Assembly: GCA_004431415.1 (NCBI GenBank)
Contig: QPMI01000574.1
Coordinates: 1-62,266, forward strand
Direction: 5' to 3'
Length of the DNA: 62,266 bases
DNA from: Cyanophora paradoxa CCMP329
Lineage: Eukaryota; Plantae; Glaucophyta
Part shown: positions 17,044 through 29,440 of the stretch, one piece after another
Position numbering within the stretch: position 1 is the first letter of the stretch
Layout of the letters: the number at the start of each line of letters is the position of its first letter
Position numbers and translations under genes: made by a program
The notes under the pieces: generated by a model
Told to the model about the DNA's origin: nothing
Database searches by the model: none
What the model saw: the letters and a program-made list of their open reading frames with translations, nothing else

Positions 17044-20000
17044 ATGGCTCTCTCTCTCTCGCGGTCGCTTCCACAGCTGAACTCGCCGCACCGATCGCCC
17101 GGCCGCTCACTGCGGCCGAAGCCGCTCGATATCGAACACCACCACAGCGCGTTCTCTGCCCTGAACCGCGACGACCGAGTGGTGAACCGCGACGAGCTAG
17201 AGTTCGTCTCTGAGGACGACTCCCCCGACTCGGCGACGCCCGAGCTAGTGCTTCCTTTCGCTTCCCGCGCTCCTCGTTGCGTACACGCAGCTGAGGCTGC
17301 ACTTTTTAGGCCCGGAGGATCGCGGCGCGGCCACGGGAGGCGCTCGGGGACCCGATGGCGCTTTGCAGGAGCCTCCTCGGCGCGTTCTTCAACCAGACGG
17401 CTGCGATGCTGATGGAGGGGGCGCTACGGGAGGACGCAATCGCGTCTATGCGGGCCGACGCCCTGCAGGTCGGCCCCCGCCTCGTGTGGACACCACGCTT
17501 TGACGCTGCGTGGCAGAGGCTGGAGGAGATTGCAGCGCTCGACGCGGCGCGCCTCAAGCAGTCCGAGGCGGAGAAGGACCTGCTGCGCTCGCAAGTCCGA
17601 GGCTCGCGCGAGGAGGCGCGCGCGGCGCGTGAGGCGGAGCGGGCCATGTCTGTTCAGGCGCGACAGCTGCGTGCGGAGGCAGAAGAGGCTCGTCTGCTGA
17701 GGCTAGTCTTATGTCTTTCGTATGCTGTGCTAACATCGCTGCAGGCGCTCCGCTCCCTCGAGCGGGCCGAGCGGCAGCTCAGTGACCGCGAACACGACCG
17801 CGTTGAAGTCGTGCGCGTGGCGCTTTGCCTGCCCGGCAGCGGCCGACCTGGCACAGGTGGAGCGAGCGGCGTCCGAGGAGGCAGCGCGGCTGCAGTCGGA
17901 GCTCGATGCCCTCGTGGCCGAGCGCGGCCGCCTTCAGCGCTCCGCCGCCGAAGCCCGCGAGCGCGCCGCTGGCCTCGCACAGCGCGTCCGGTGCGCCGCC
18001 CGTTCGTCCTGCGCCACTTCTGGCCCAACGTGGCGAACAGGTCGTTGGAGGAGGAGGCGCGTGGGGAGCGCGAGGGACGGCTGCGGGCGGAGGCGGAGGC
18101 CCGAGAGGCGCGGGAGGCGCGACAGGGGGATTCCGGCGCGTTACGAGATCAGGCGCGGTGTCCGCCCCTACATGCCTCCCAACGGCCGAGGCGGTCGGCA
18201 GGTTCGCGCGGCGGCGGTGCAGCTGCGTGCGGCGGAGGAGCGGCTGGCGGAGGCGGAGCAGAAAATCAAGGGGGAGGCGGCTGGGCGAGAGCGCGCGGAG
18301 CGGGAGGCTGCCCACGCGCGCGCCGCGGCACAGGAGGCCGCCGCCCTCTCCGGCGCCGCCTCTTCAGGGCGCGAGGAGCGCCAGCGGGAGGCCGAGCGCG
18401 CGCTCGAGGCTGCGCGCGAAGAGCAGGCCGCACTGCGGGCGCAGGCGGCGGAGGCGGCAGAGGCCCTCGAGGCGGCCCGCGAGGAGGTGAATTGCAGGCA
18501 GTGTCGCAAGGCCTTTCGTATTGACCTTATTCACAACCAGCTCGCCCGTCTCAGCGACGAAGCGAGCTCCGCGGCTGCGGCTGCTCGGCGGGCGGTCGCG
18601 GCAGCGGAGAGGGAGCGCGAGAGGAGAGAGGAGGCGGAGGTCGAAGCGGCCGCCGCTCAGGACCGTATCCAGGTCCGAGTGGGCCGGGCAGGGCAGGTAC
18701 GTGACTGTGCCCAGCTCATGCCAGCCCAGGCGGTGGAAGCAGAATTGCAGCGGGTGCGCGAGGGGGAGAGTCGCGAGGCGCAGCGGGCAGCGGCGGAACG
18801 GGCCGAAGCGGAAGGACGAGCGGCGGAGTTTCAGCGGCGCCTCGCCCGCTGCGAGGCCGATCTTCGAGTGCGGCACCCCTTTCGGAGCCCCGCGGCAATC
18901 GCCGACCGGTTTGCAGGCAGCGCAGGAGGCGGCGGCGGGACAGGAGCGGGCGGCGGCGGGCTGGGCGGAGCGGGCGCGGCAGGCGGAGGCGCGAGCGGAG
19001 TCTGCGGCTCAGGCCGCGGCACAGGCAACGACGGGGCGGGACGCGGATGCTGAGCGGCAACGGCGGCGGGAAGCGGAGCTCGCGACGGAGCTTGAGGTGG
19101 CCCGCCGGCAGCGCGAGAAGGCCGCCACCGCGCAACGGGCAGCGGAAACGGATGCGGCGCAGGCGCGCGCTGAGCTCAATGCAATCGGTGCCCGCGCCGC
19201 GCGATGTGAGGAGCAGCTGCGGGCCGCACGGTGCGCGCTCAGCTAATGGGGGCGACTGCGTTCTGACCGGGTGCAGGGCGGAGGCTGCAGGAGCGCGAGA
19301 AGAGGTGGAGAGTCTGCGGGAGGAGGCGGAGGAGGCGAAGCATGCGGGGGAGCGGCGCGCGCGCGCCTCGGCCGATCTTCATGCTCGCCTTCGCGCCGAG
19401 GAGCAAGCGCGCCGCGAGGCGGGTCCGCCACAAACGCTCCGCCCCCAGCCGCCCCCGGCTGCCCCTGCCGACGATTTATGGTACGGGACAGAGCGACGCG
19501 CTGCGGGGGAGGCAGAGGCGCTGCGCGGGGCACTGGGGGTGGCACGGCGGGAGCTGGGCGAGGCGCGGAGCGAGCTGGAGGCTCTCCGCGGTCTACAGCG
19601 CGCGCTTGCCGATCGTCACGCTCGGGCCGCCGTCCGCCCCGCCCTCCTCCGCCCCGGCGCGCCCCGACTCAGGGCCGGGGCGCAGGAGGAGGCCGAGGCG
19701 GCGCGGACGCTGGCGGCGGCGGCCGAGGGGGATCTGCATCGGCAGGGGGAGCGGCTGACGGCGCTGGCGCGGCAGCGGGAGGCGGAGCTGGTGGCGGAGG
19801 TGACGGGTCGGCGGGCGGAGGCGGCGGCCTTGCGGGCCGACCTCGAGGCCCTTCACGCGCAGCTCGGCGCTACGCAGGTCGCCCGCAGAAAGCCCGTTTC
19901 CCCGCACCCCCGCCGACGTCGCGCGCGTGCAGCTCGTCGAGTCGGAGCTGCGCGCGGCGCTGGAACACCGCGACCTCGAGCTCGACCACCTCCGCGCCCG

Positions 20001-20172
20001 CCTCCGCCGCGCCCTACGCCCGCCCGCCGGGGGCCAGGCGCCTAGCAGGCACGCCCCTCTCGAGGAGGACGGGCTCGAGCTCGAGGGGAGCGCCGTGACA
20101 CGCCTCTCTGACTTCGAGCCCGACGGGAGTGCCGTCACCCGCCTCTCCGAGGCCCCGCGCCGCCGCGGCTAG
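17044..20172 (+). CDS. Long Ala/Glu/Arg-rich coiled-coil protein
   Basis: Many exons of heptad-like EAEAR sequence separated by ~50-nt introns; stop at 20172. Confidence 0.75.
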
Positions 20173-22050
20173 CCGCCCCGCCCTTCAGGATCCATGCTGA
20201 ACCTGTTGTGCTTGTCTGGTGCCCTGACTAGACTGTTGCTTCACGACGGGGCCCCGCTCGGGGTTGCAACTATATATGATTAATTTCAAGATTCGATGCT
20301 TGCCCATGTGAGCGAGACTCTCTGAGATGCAATGAATGCGCATAAGAGCCCACTGGCCATGGGCCAGTGGGCCCAGCCGCTGAGCTGCAGGGATCAGGAC
20401 AATATTAATCGGAGGTGGTCATGATCACAATCAGCTCGTTGCGCGGAACGTTGGAGGCCGTGGGCTGGCCTAGATCAAGCTGCTTCTCGAGGCTTGCGGC
20501 CGATTGCGCCACGGCGGGACTGCAGCCGGAGTAGGAGTACTAGTGGCGGGCAGCGCGGCCCGATGTCTGGTGGTGCCGCAGTGCAGCAAAGCAAGCGTGA
20601 CGGCGATTTCCGGAGGGGGACGTGGGGGCGAGGCATGAGCGAGGTCACCGGGTCGGGGCGGGTTAGGCTGGGGGCTGAGTGTCCTGGGGCCGCCACCATG
20701 GCCAGACGGGCGCCAGAGCGCTCGCGGGCTTCTTCGAGAACCGCATGCAGCTAGAATTCGAAGTGTGCTGGGGCCGCCACCAGACGGGCGCGAGAGCGCT
20801 CGCGGGTTTCTTCGAGAACCGCATGCAGCAAGCTTAAGACTCTCCTTTCGCACTGGCTGTGTCAAATACCTGGGGAACGTGGTCGACGTCAGGCACAGGG
20901 CGATCTTCGGCAGGCACCGGTCCATGCTCCACGCTCGCGTGAGCCGTCAGGAACCAATCTGGCGTTCACGGCCTGGCGTAAGCGACCTCGAGCGCAGCGC
21001 GCGGGGGTCTACACGTATGCACTCAGCGCAAGCTTAGGGGGCGAATTCGAACGTGCATGCCGCCCTGCGCCGAGGCTCTAGATCTTGTGCTTGAGCTTGC
21101 ATCGGTTTCGAGAAGCGCTTCCTCGTCGACTCCCGAGGGAAGCTTCCTGCCAGTGCTAGCTTTCGCGCCGCCGCGAGCTCCTGCCGGCTCGGCCAACGCT
21201 CGTGTGCGCGCTCGCTTCAATTTGTTGGTGCTTCGCGAACCCGCAATATTTAATGGTCCCGCAAATGGACCGGCAATGGTCCCGCAATGGACCCGCAATG
21301 GTCCCGCATTGCTGGGGGGTACACGTGTAGTAACGGGGTACGAAGCCCGCGGCGTCTTCACCAGGCGACCCGGCAGAACGCGAGCCCGCAGCCACGGTCC
21401 TGGCGTCTCTACCAGCGGCCCACGCTTATCGGCTTCCCTTGCGCGGCGTCTTCACCAGCGTATATTTCACCAGCCAGAGCGTCTCGCCGAGCCATGGGCG
21501 CAAAGTTCAGGTGCGAAGAAGTGCTCTCGGGGTGCCCCGACAGTAGACTATTAGGCCAGGGCCTGGGCGCTACGCTTCGAAGCGGCTTCCTAGGCGGTTT
21601 TCCTGGAGCGGCTTCTGAAGCGGCCAGTTTGTTATCATAAAAGGCCAACCGTAGAACCGGCGTAAATATGCCATTTTGGCGCAGCAACCCTGGACGCGCT
21701 TGCCGCACCGTGCCCCGCCCAAAAACCTAGCGGCCGCTACATATTTGGAGAGCGCGTCTTTCGCGCTGACTCGGCGACCCCAGCCATCAGTGCTTCAGTG
21801 ATGAGAAATGCACGACCAAAGTCTCGGGCTCGGATCTCAAGTCTAAGGGAAGCAGCGAGGATCCGTCGCTCGACTGGCTGCAAAAGTATGCCCTCCACCT
21901 CGAGCCCCGCTAGCGCTCTCTCTTCGTCGCACGATCCGTGATCGCAGGTGCTCAGCCAAAGGCGGCAATTCGTTTCAGGCCACGAAGACACGGTCCGTGC
22001 CGCCCTCTCGGTGCGGCACTCGTGCGGCATTTAAAATGCGGCCGTGCAGA

Positions 22051-22848
22051 ATGAAGATGAAGGTTGACAAGCCGAAATGCGTGATGTTGAAGGTTTGTCA
22101 CAGTGTTGGATTGTAAATCCTAGTGTTTTCTGCGCCCTGCGCAAGCCGCTCGGCGCCAGACGCCGTGACGTGCCTTACGGACCCCGGGCGTGCCGCAGCC
22201 GAAGTTGAACGCTATGCTGAACGCAAAAACCGATGGAAAGTCCAAGGTGGTTCCGAGTCCCAAACCCGGAGGACCCGCGTCCGCGGCGAAGCCGACAGCA
22301 CTGGCCACCAAGGGGCTTCCGGCCCCGGCGGCGGCGGGGCATGAGGCGCCGCTCGCGAAGGTCGCGGAGGCCCTCAACGACCTGATCAAGCCCCTGAATA
22401 CAAGTGGCGCCCTCAAGTACAAGGTTCGCCCGGGCGGCCGAGCCCGCCCCGCTGCTTTCTTGGCGGGCTCGCGGCTAGGATGCCCAGCAATCGGCTGACG
22501 CTAGCTCTCCTCCCCGCGGCCAGCTCTCGGTCGTCCCGTCGAGCGGCCAGCTCGACGCCAATGTACAGCTGACCGACGAGAACGCAATTTCGGTGCGGCG
22601 CAGGCGCTCGGGCGGGTCCCGCCCGCGCCGCTTACTTCCTGCCGCTGACCGTCGGACGGGGAGGGGCGCAGGAGGCCGCTGGGGACGCATACGCGCCGTA
22701 CGCGTGCGAGACGGAGGCCTGCGCGGCGGAGACCGCAGAGGCCGGTGTGGAGGCGGCAGAGGCGGAGGCGGAAGACGCCGCGGCACAAGCTTTTGGAGGC
22801 CCCGAGGACTTGCTCGCGGGGGAGGGCCACGAGGAGCACGTCCTGTGA
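22051..22848 (+). CDS. Hypothetical protein with Lys/Pro-rich N-terminus and acidic C-terminus
   Basis: Exons MLNAKTDGKSKVVPSPKP..LKYK, VQLTDENAIS and EAAEAEAEDAAAQ..HVL* with plausible splice sites. Confidence 0.55.
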
Positions 22849-22972
22849 GGTCCCCGTCCCGCCGGCCCCACTGTACAGACCCCACTGTACTGTAATTTTC
22901 AATTGGTTGACGAGTCTGCATTTCTGTCCTAACCTGCCAGGCCGCATCCGTGGCGGCAGTCCGCCACATAGG

Positions 22973-25264
22973 TTAGGAAGTGTCGCGCGCGGCCGGACGG
23001 TAGGGCGAGGCCTCAGATCTCCTGCGAGAGGGCGATGTCGCCCTGGGAACTGCACGGAGGTCGGGCGGGGCAAGAGGCGCCGGGCAAACGGGGCGGGCCT
23101 GCCGTGGGAGGGAGGAGGCGTCCGCACGTACTTCTCCGGCAGTTGCAGAATGCCGCCCGTGATCGAGTCGAAGAGCCACTGCTGCTGGTCAACGCTTGCT
23201 CCGTGGGCGGAGGCCGGTATGGCGCACCTCCTCCCGCACGACGGGGACGCCAGCGGAGGCGGTGCCCAGAGGGTACCCCTCCCCGGCGACGACCACCGCA
23301 GCCTCCTTTAGGACCTTGACGACCTGCGCGGGATCAGTCAAGGCGCGGAGCGGATGCTCGCCGGTACAAACCTTGCCCCCTGAAGCGCGGACGAGCCCCT
23401 CGAGAATTGTTTTGGGCGGCTCCGTGCGCCCAGTCAAGAGCACCGCGACACCGGCCAGCCGCCCCGCCTCGCCACGCTCTGCCAAGTGTTAGAGTCCCCA
23501 TCGCTTCGGCACCCGCCGATCGCACCGTAAGCGAGGCGGGAGGCTCGGGCAGCGGGCCAAAGAGTGGTCTCGAAGGGGGCGGGGTCGACCCAGCCTCCAG
23601 CGTCGAGCGACGCGTACAGCCAGGCGGAGGACACGACGAGGGCCCCTCGGGCGATCCCTGCCATCAGCTTCAGCGTCCGCTTCGCCTGCCGCGCGTCCAC
23701 AACCAGCACTCGTGCCTGCCCCATCGCGTCAGCCCGCCCGCCCGCTACATTTCGAGGGAGACGGCACCGGCTCGTCGTCGTCGCGGGGAAAGCGCCACCC
23801 CGGGAAGGTCTGTACTGCGTTCGCCAGCACATCCTGCCGACCGTCGGCCCTCGGCCGGCGTCCCCCGCCTTGCCCCGCCCTCCCAGCGCACCCGCTCCGC
23901 TTCCGACAGCGCGCTCTGCTCCAACACCTCCCGCTTGCAGCCCTTCGTCTTCACGATCTCCGCCTTGCTGGATGTGCACGCCACCGGCGACATCGAGCGC
24001 CCGCGCAGCTCGGCGGCCGGCTTGGTTGTGGAGGGCCCGGTCGACGAGGACGCGGGCGGGGCTGGCAGCTCCTCGTTGCGGGCCTCCTGCAAGCCCTGCT
24101 CGCGCTCCCCGCGCGCCTTCTTCCGCACGGCAGCCACCTTGGCCGGCGCGGCCTTGGGTGGAGCGGCACTCACGGGGGCTGCCAAGGCTGGCGCTGCTTC
24201 CACATGCTCGTTTTCTGCTGCACGTTGGCGGCCTTTCTTTGCGGGGTTCCGATAGGGCGGCGCGGCCTCTTCGCGAGGCTTCGCAGGGCCCACCGCAAGG
24301 GTGCCCTTCTCCTTGGCTTGGGGCTCCTGAGCAGCCACGACAGGTGCAGGCTCCTCCAGCCAGTCTGCCTGGCCCTCGTCCCGCCCGTCCGGCAGCCCCC
24401 CGTCTCCACAGAGTTCATCGCTCTTCCGTTTCGCCACCTGTTCGCCACATCACGTCGGCGCTGCAACCCCTCCGGGCCGTGCACCTTCGCGGGGGCCATG
24501 CGCTGCACCTTCACTGCTGCTGCATCCTGCGATCTGTTGTCCGCCTTCGGTCCCGCCAAGAGGCGCCCCATTGCAGTAGGCGCAGCCTACGATGTTTATG
24601 ATAGTGAGTGCGAAGCGGGAAGGGGCCTCCCAGGGGCAGTGGCACCTCGCCAGCTCGGGCTTTCTTCCCCGCTGGTGGCGTAGCTGGCGCCTCCTCCGTG
24701 TCGCCAGGCGGGCGCTTGGTCTGGCCGGCCTTCATCTCTCGCCTTTGCGCAGCGGCCCCAGCAGACGCCTTGCCGCCTGTTCCGGCCGCAGCGACCCGCG
24801 AAGTCGCCTGCAGCCTTGCTTCAGCACTGATGGCCCACGAAGCGTGCAGCAGGGCGTACGGGAGGCTTGCCGACCTTCGCTGCGCGGGCATAGAAGTCCT
24901 CCCCTTCCTCTGCTTCGCTCTGCTCAGCGGGCTCCGTAGACTTCCCCTGAGGGATCGGTCGGCCCTGCCCACATGCAAAGCGAAGCGCGCTTACCTCCGA
25001 AGGGCGTGAGGGGCGGCTGGCGCCGGACTGGTTGCCGGGACGCGGTTCAGCGACGATGCTCGAGCGGTTGAAGATGTTGGCCTCTACCACCCCCGACACG
25101 CGCTTAGCCGCCTGCTGCTTCGGCTTCTGTACCTCCTGACCCGACGGCACACCCTTCTGTACCTTCGGTTCCTCCGCCTCTTTCCCCGCGCCGACCGTTG
25201 TATCCTCCTCTTCGCCATCACTCACTACAACACGGCCACGAGCACGCCCCCTGGGCTGGGGTCT

Positions 25265-25312
<48 letters not shown>

Positions 25313-26078
25313 ATGCTTAAGCTGCTCCCGCCGCTGCTGCATTGGTTCGCGCTTCTTGGCAGCTACAACAGCTGTACGTGGTGGCGGGACAGGAGCGCCC
25401 CCATCAAGGTCGTCTTCCTGGCCCTGCGGCAGCTCCGGCGACTGGATTGAGACGGAGCTCGGGGCCGTCTTCTTCGCGACAACCGCGCTGTTCGCGGCAG
25501 TCGGCTTCGCAGTGAGAGAAGAACTCCTTCGAGCATTAGCCGCAGGGGCGGGAGCTGGCGGATGTTCATCGAAGTCGAATTCGTCGTCCTGCGCGGGCTC
25601 TGCCGCTGCGGATGATGTCTTGACGGTCGGGCGTTTGCCAGCAACTGCGAACACGGTCTCAATGCGCCGCAGGGTCGACCGAAGGGCTGGAATCGCGCAC
25701 CTGCAGGCGCCGAATTGTCATCGGCGCCAGTGGCAGAAGACTTGCGGGGAGCGGCACGCCCGCCGACGGGTGCTTTTGCACTATCTTCTCGCAAGACCTC
25801 ATCAAAGAGCTCATCGGCTGTCGGCCGCGGCTTCAGTGGCGGTCGCGCATCGATCGGCGAGCGAGCTGCGCCAGTTCATCATCAGCGCGTGCCACATTGT
25901 TGCTAGCAAACCACGACGTACTGCTTTTTGAGTACGTCTTCCCTCCGGCGCCGCTGCTCCCCCGCTTCGAGTTCCCTACATCGGGAGAAGGATGGCTGTT
26001 CTCCACATCGTCGAATTCCGGCTCCTTGTCGAGGAAGCCAAAGAGAGAGGAGCTCCCCGAAGAAGTTGGATTCGAAAG

Positions 26079-26111
<33 letters not shown>

Positions 26112-26156
26112 GGCCGTTTGCGCCTTTGCGGCAGCCTGAGCCTGCCGCGGTGCCAT
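22973..26156 (-). CDS. Tandem-BRCT-domain protein (microcephalin/BRCA1-type C-terminal pair) with long disordered poly-Q N-terminus
   Basis: RTLKLMAGIARGALVVSSAWLYASLDAGGWVD (BRCT1) and LEGLVRASGGKV...VVREEWLFDSI (BRCT2). Confidence 0.8.
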
Positions 26157-26269
26157 GCACCAGTGATGCGCGACCAGCGCGACGCGCCGCCGAGAATTCA
26201 AAAACGCCGAAAAGGCAGGATTCGAACAGGCCCCGCAGGGAGTCGAAGCAAGGCGAATTTTCAGTAAAG

Positions 26270-26360
26270 TCCGTTCTGCCGGAATCGAACCAGCGACCTA
26301 AGGATGGCCACATAGTGGAACCGCTACAGTCCTCCGCTCTACCAACTGAGCTAAGAACGG
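26270..26360 (-). tRNA. tRNA-Tyr(GTA) with 18-nt intron at the canonical 37/38 site (26306-26323)
   Basis: CCGTTCT acceptor stem pairs with AGAACGG-A. D arm GCTCAGTTGGTAGAGC, anticodon loop CTGTAG^A, T loop TTCGATT. Confidence 0.97.
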
Positions 26361-26526
26361 TTGCCGTGATGTGCGGAAACGTCCCAACCGACTGTCTAGC
26401 CTCCGGCTCTTCACACACTTCGCGCTTCCGGCTCCCCGATCGCGAGAAAGCGCCCGCTGCAATACGCAAGTGGGCTGCTATAAGAGAAGTGAGGTTCAGT
26501 CTATACGAATAACGCACCAAGCTGGA

Positions 26527-27774
26527 TTATGTTGTTTTGAGGCGCTTGCTGTCTCTTCCTTGGGTCCTTATCCCACCACAACTTCGAATTCGAATTCTTG
26601 CAGAAGCTCTCGGAGAGCTTTGAGAGCCCTGAACTTCGATTTCTTGCAGAAGCTCTCGGAGAGCTTTGCCATCCAGTCTGTGCCCCTCGTTGATGCGGCC
26701 TTTGGCGTCAAATGTAATCCCTTCCTTCTGGAATTCGGCAGCAGATTGAACGAACAAAGAAGCGGTCAGAAACAGTGAGGCAAAAACAAAGGAAGCCCAT
26801 GTGCTAGCGCTCCTGCTGACCTCAAGCATGGCACGTTTCCGGGCTACTTCGGGGCTGTCTGATGCTGTTGCTCCAGAAAACCCTGGAAACGTTTCAGTTT
26901 GCGTGGTCTGTCCTCGAACTAAAGCGGTCTTGGGGGGGGGGGGGGGGGGGGCGGGGAGGGGAGGGGGGGGGGGGGGGGGGGGCTGGACAAGGTTGGACGT
27001 GTCCAAATGTCCAAGTTAAAAGGTCTTAAACGGAGCCATCCAAAACGAACCATACAGGGTCAGGTCAGAACCAACAACTCTGTGGCAGGGAACTATGGGG
27101 TTGAAAGGATTATGCCGCATAGCCTGCAAACACCAAATCAGATGGCTGAGACGGCGCTTGGGCACAGCTAGACACCTGTCCCACTGCCCGTGCTGCAGAT
27201 CCAAGGGCTTCTGCCATCGCACCGTAGCTGACAAAAACAACTGAGTCAGATCAAGGCCCAGTTTGATTTCGATTTCGATTGAAGAAGGTTTGATGTCTTT
27301 GATTTCGATTACGATTTGAGGTTGGTCGGGAAAGTTGAACGTCTTTGAGGTTGGACAAGAGTAAAATGGCAAGACATGCAAGAAAGGCGCACGTGGTGAT
27401 ACGACCAGGGGGCACGCGTGTCAGTAACTCGTACACGCGCCATCGAATGCCAGAGAAGCTGTGGAGTGGCGTTCCCATGCTTTGTGTGAAGGCATCGAAG
27501 GTGTCCTCACATTGTGGCCTGGCGCCCTCCGCAGAGGCGAACGGCCTGTCCCCCTCCGCAGAGGCGCATATACGAATAGAGTGCAGCCGCCTTTGCACCT
27601 CCTCGTCAGCCTGCAAAAACTCCTGCGCAGCTTTACTGGGATCTTGACCAGCGAAGGATTTGATTTCATGGAGCTCACCGCGATCTTCTCGCGTACGCTG
27701 CCCTCTTGTGAGAGCAGACGCCGCACAACTTGATCCACAACGCCGCCGTGCGGCTCCCGCGGCTCCGGACCCAT
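26527..27774 (-). CDS. MGMT: O6-methylguanine-DNA methyltransferase (Ogt/MGMT)
   Basis: RVYELLTRVPPGRITTYGAMAEALGSAARAVGQAMRHNPFNPIVPCHRVV (active-site PCHR), then RKRAMLE-KEG. Ends approximate. Confidence 0.88.
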
Positions 27775-28003
27775 ATGCGTCGTAGCAATGTATACGTATA
27801 CGTATGCCCGCTGCTATCTGCCCCGTCCTATCAATCAGCTCCGTCTTGGAGGCTTGAGGCTTGAGGCTTGAGGCCTGATCAGACTTGAGCCTTTGAGGCT
27901 TGAGGCTTGATCAGAGCACTTTGAGGCACTTTCACGTCCAGCATCGAGCTATTCGTATACTTTCACGTACACGTACACGACACGGAATTCAATCGCGCGC
28001 GCC

Positions 28004-28859
28004 ATGGCAGCGGGTCGCGTCTGCAGATTCTGCGACCCCGGCCACGTCGAGAGAACCGGACGGCGCGTGCTTCTGCAGAATGATTTAGTCTTCGCGTTTC
28101 CGGACCTCAACCCAAGGGCGAAGGTGCACCTGCTCGTCGCCAGTAAGCGCCACGTTGAAGGTGCGATCTAATTGAAAATGAGCGTCTCAAGTGATGCTGA
28201 CGGCGCGATAACGTTGCTCGTTTAAGGCATCGAGCTCTTGCGTTCCTGCCCGGAAGACGCGGGTCTCGGTATGACCGTCCCGCCGCCGCGCTGCCGGCGG
28301 GTAGCGCTAGCGGTGTCGGTCTACCAGCTGACTTGCAGCCACACCGGACAGTACGTGAGATGCTCCGCGTCGGCGGCAAGCTTCTGAGCGACGCTGGCAT
28401 TCCGGCGGCTGACCAGCACTTCAGTTTTCACACGCGCTTCGTACGTAGCATTCATCACCTACACATACATGCCCTTGGCCTACCGTATTCCAGCCCGTTG
28501 CAGGTGCCTGCTGTTTTGTTTCCTGACGGGGGTTGGGCGAAGCTAGTAGGACGTCGACGTCTTTGATTGCGATTACGATTAGGGGTTGGACGACGAAGCT
28601 AAGCTTGGACGTCTTTGATTTTGAACACGATTAGGCCCCTCAGGGGTTGGACGTCTTTGATTACGATTACAATTGGGCCCCTGAGGGGTTGGACGTCATT
28701 ACGATTAATATTAATATTACGATTAGGCCCCTTGAGGGGTTGGACGTCTTTGACTATGATTAATATTACGATTAGGCATTGCGCTACACACCATGGACGC
28801 GGCTTTGCGTTGACCCTCATGATCTCATTGTTCGTCTGGACGATACGAGGAGAAAGTGA
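28004..28859 (+). CDS. HIT-family (HINT3-like) nucleotide hydrolase
   Basis: N-terminal CRFC, FPDLNPRAKVHLLVASKRH and histidine triad SIHHLHIH. Confidence 0.88.
28528..28775 (+). repeat. Intronic minisatellite (ggggttggacgtctttgattacgattacgattagg-like), about 5 degenerate copies
   Basis: Repeated units inside the last intron of the HIT gene. Confidence 0.8.
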
Positions 28860-29154
28860 GCAAGATCAAGCTTCCAGAGACGTGATGTACGCTAGCGGCT
28901 AGACGCCTGTAAGCTGCATCAGTTATCTGTGACCGACGATGGTTAACTTATGTGCAGTTCTTTCGCAGCTTCCAAGCGTTTCTTGTCGAAAACAAAATCG
29001 AAATCGAGTTTGCTCTATCTGGTCGAGTGTGGGTCTTGCCTTCGAATCCTGGGCAGGCGTACCAATTGACAGGTGCGCGTTTTTGCAAAGATTTGTGAGC
29101 CGCTTCATCTTTGACAAATTCTTGCATTTCGTTGTGCAGGCACTACCGCTCAAG

Positions 29155-29440
29155 GGGCTAGGATTACGATTACGATTAGGGAGCCTCGTGGTTAAGCTCA
29201 GGCTAGGATAACGATTACGATTACGGAGCCTCCAGCTGCAGGTCAAGCTCAGGCTAGGATTACGATTACGATTAGGAAGCCTCGAGGTTAACCTTAGGCT
29301 AGGATTACCATTACGATTAGGGAGCCTCGTGGTCAAGCTTAGGCTAGTAGGACTACAATTACGATTAGGGAGCCTCGTGGTCAAGCTTAGGCTAGGATTA
29401 CAATTACGATTAGGGAGCCTCGACTTTAGGCTTAGGTTAG
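29155..29440 (+). repeat. ~45-bp minisatellite (aggctaggattacgattacgattagggagcctcgtggttaagctc), about 6 copies
   Basis: Direct tandem units that share the gattacgattag core with the 28.6-kb array. Confidence 0.85.

Noticed and set aside
20700-21310. Short direct repeats (49-bp pair and aatggtcccgc units)
   Set aside because: No TIR, TSD or coding signal; treated as ordinary intergenic repeats.
28528-29440. CRISPR-like repeat/spacer appearance
   Set aside because: Units are degenerate tandem copies without unique spacers, in a eukaryotic context with no cas genes.
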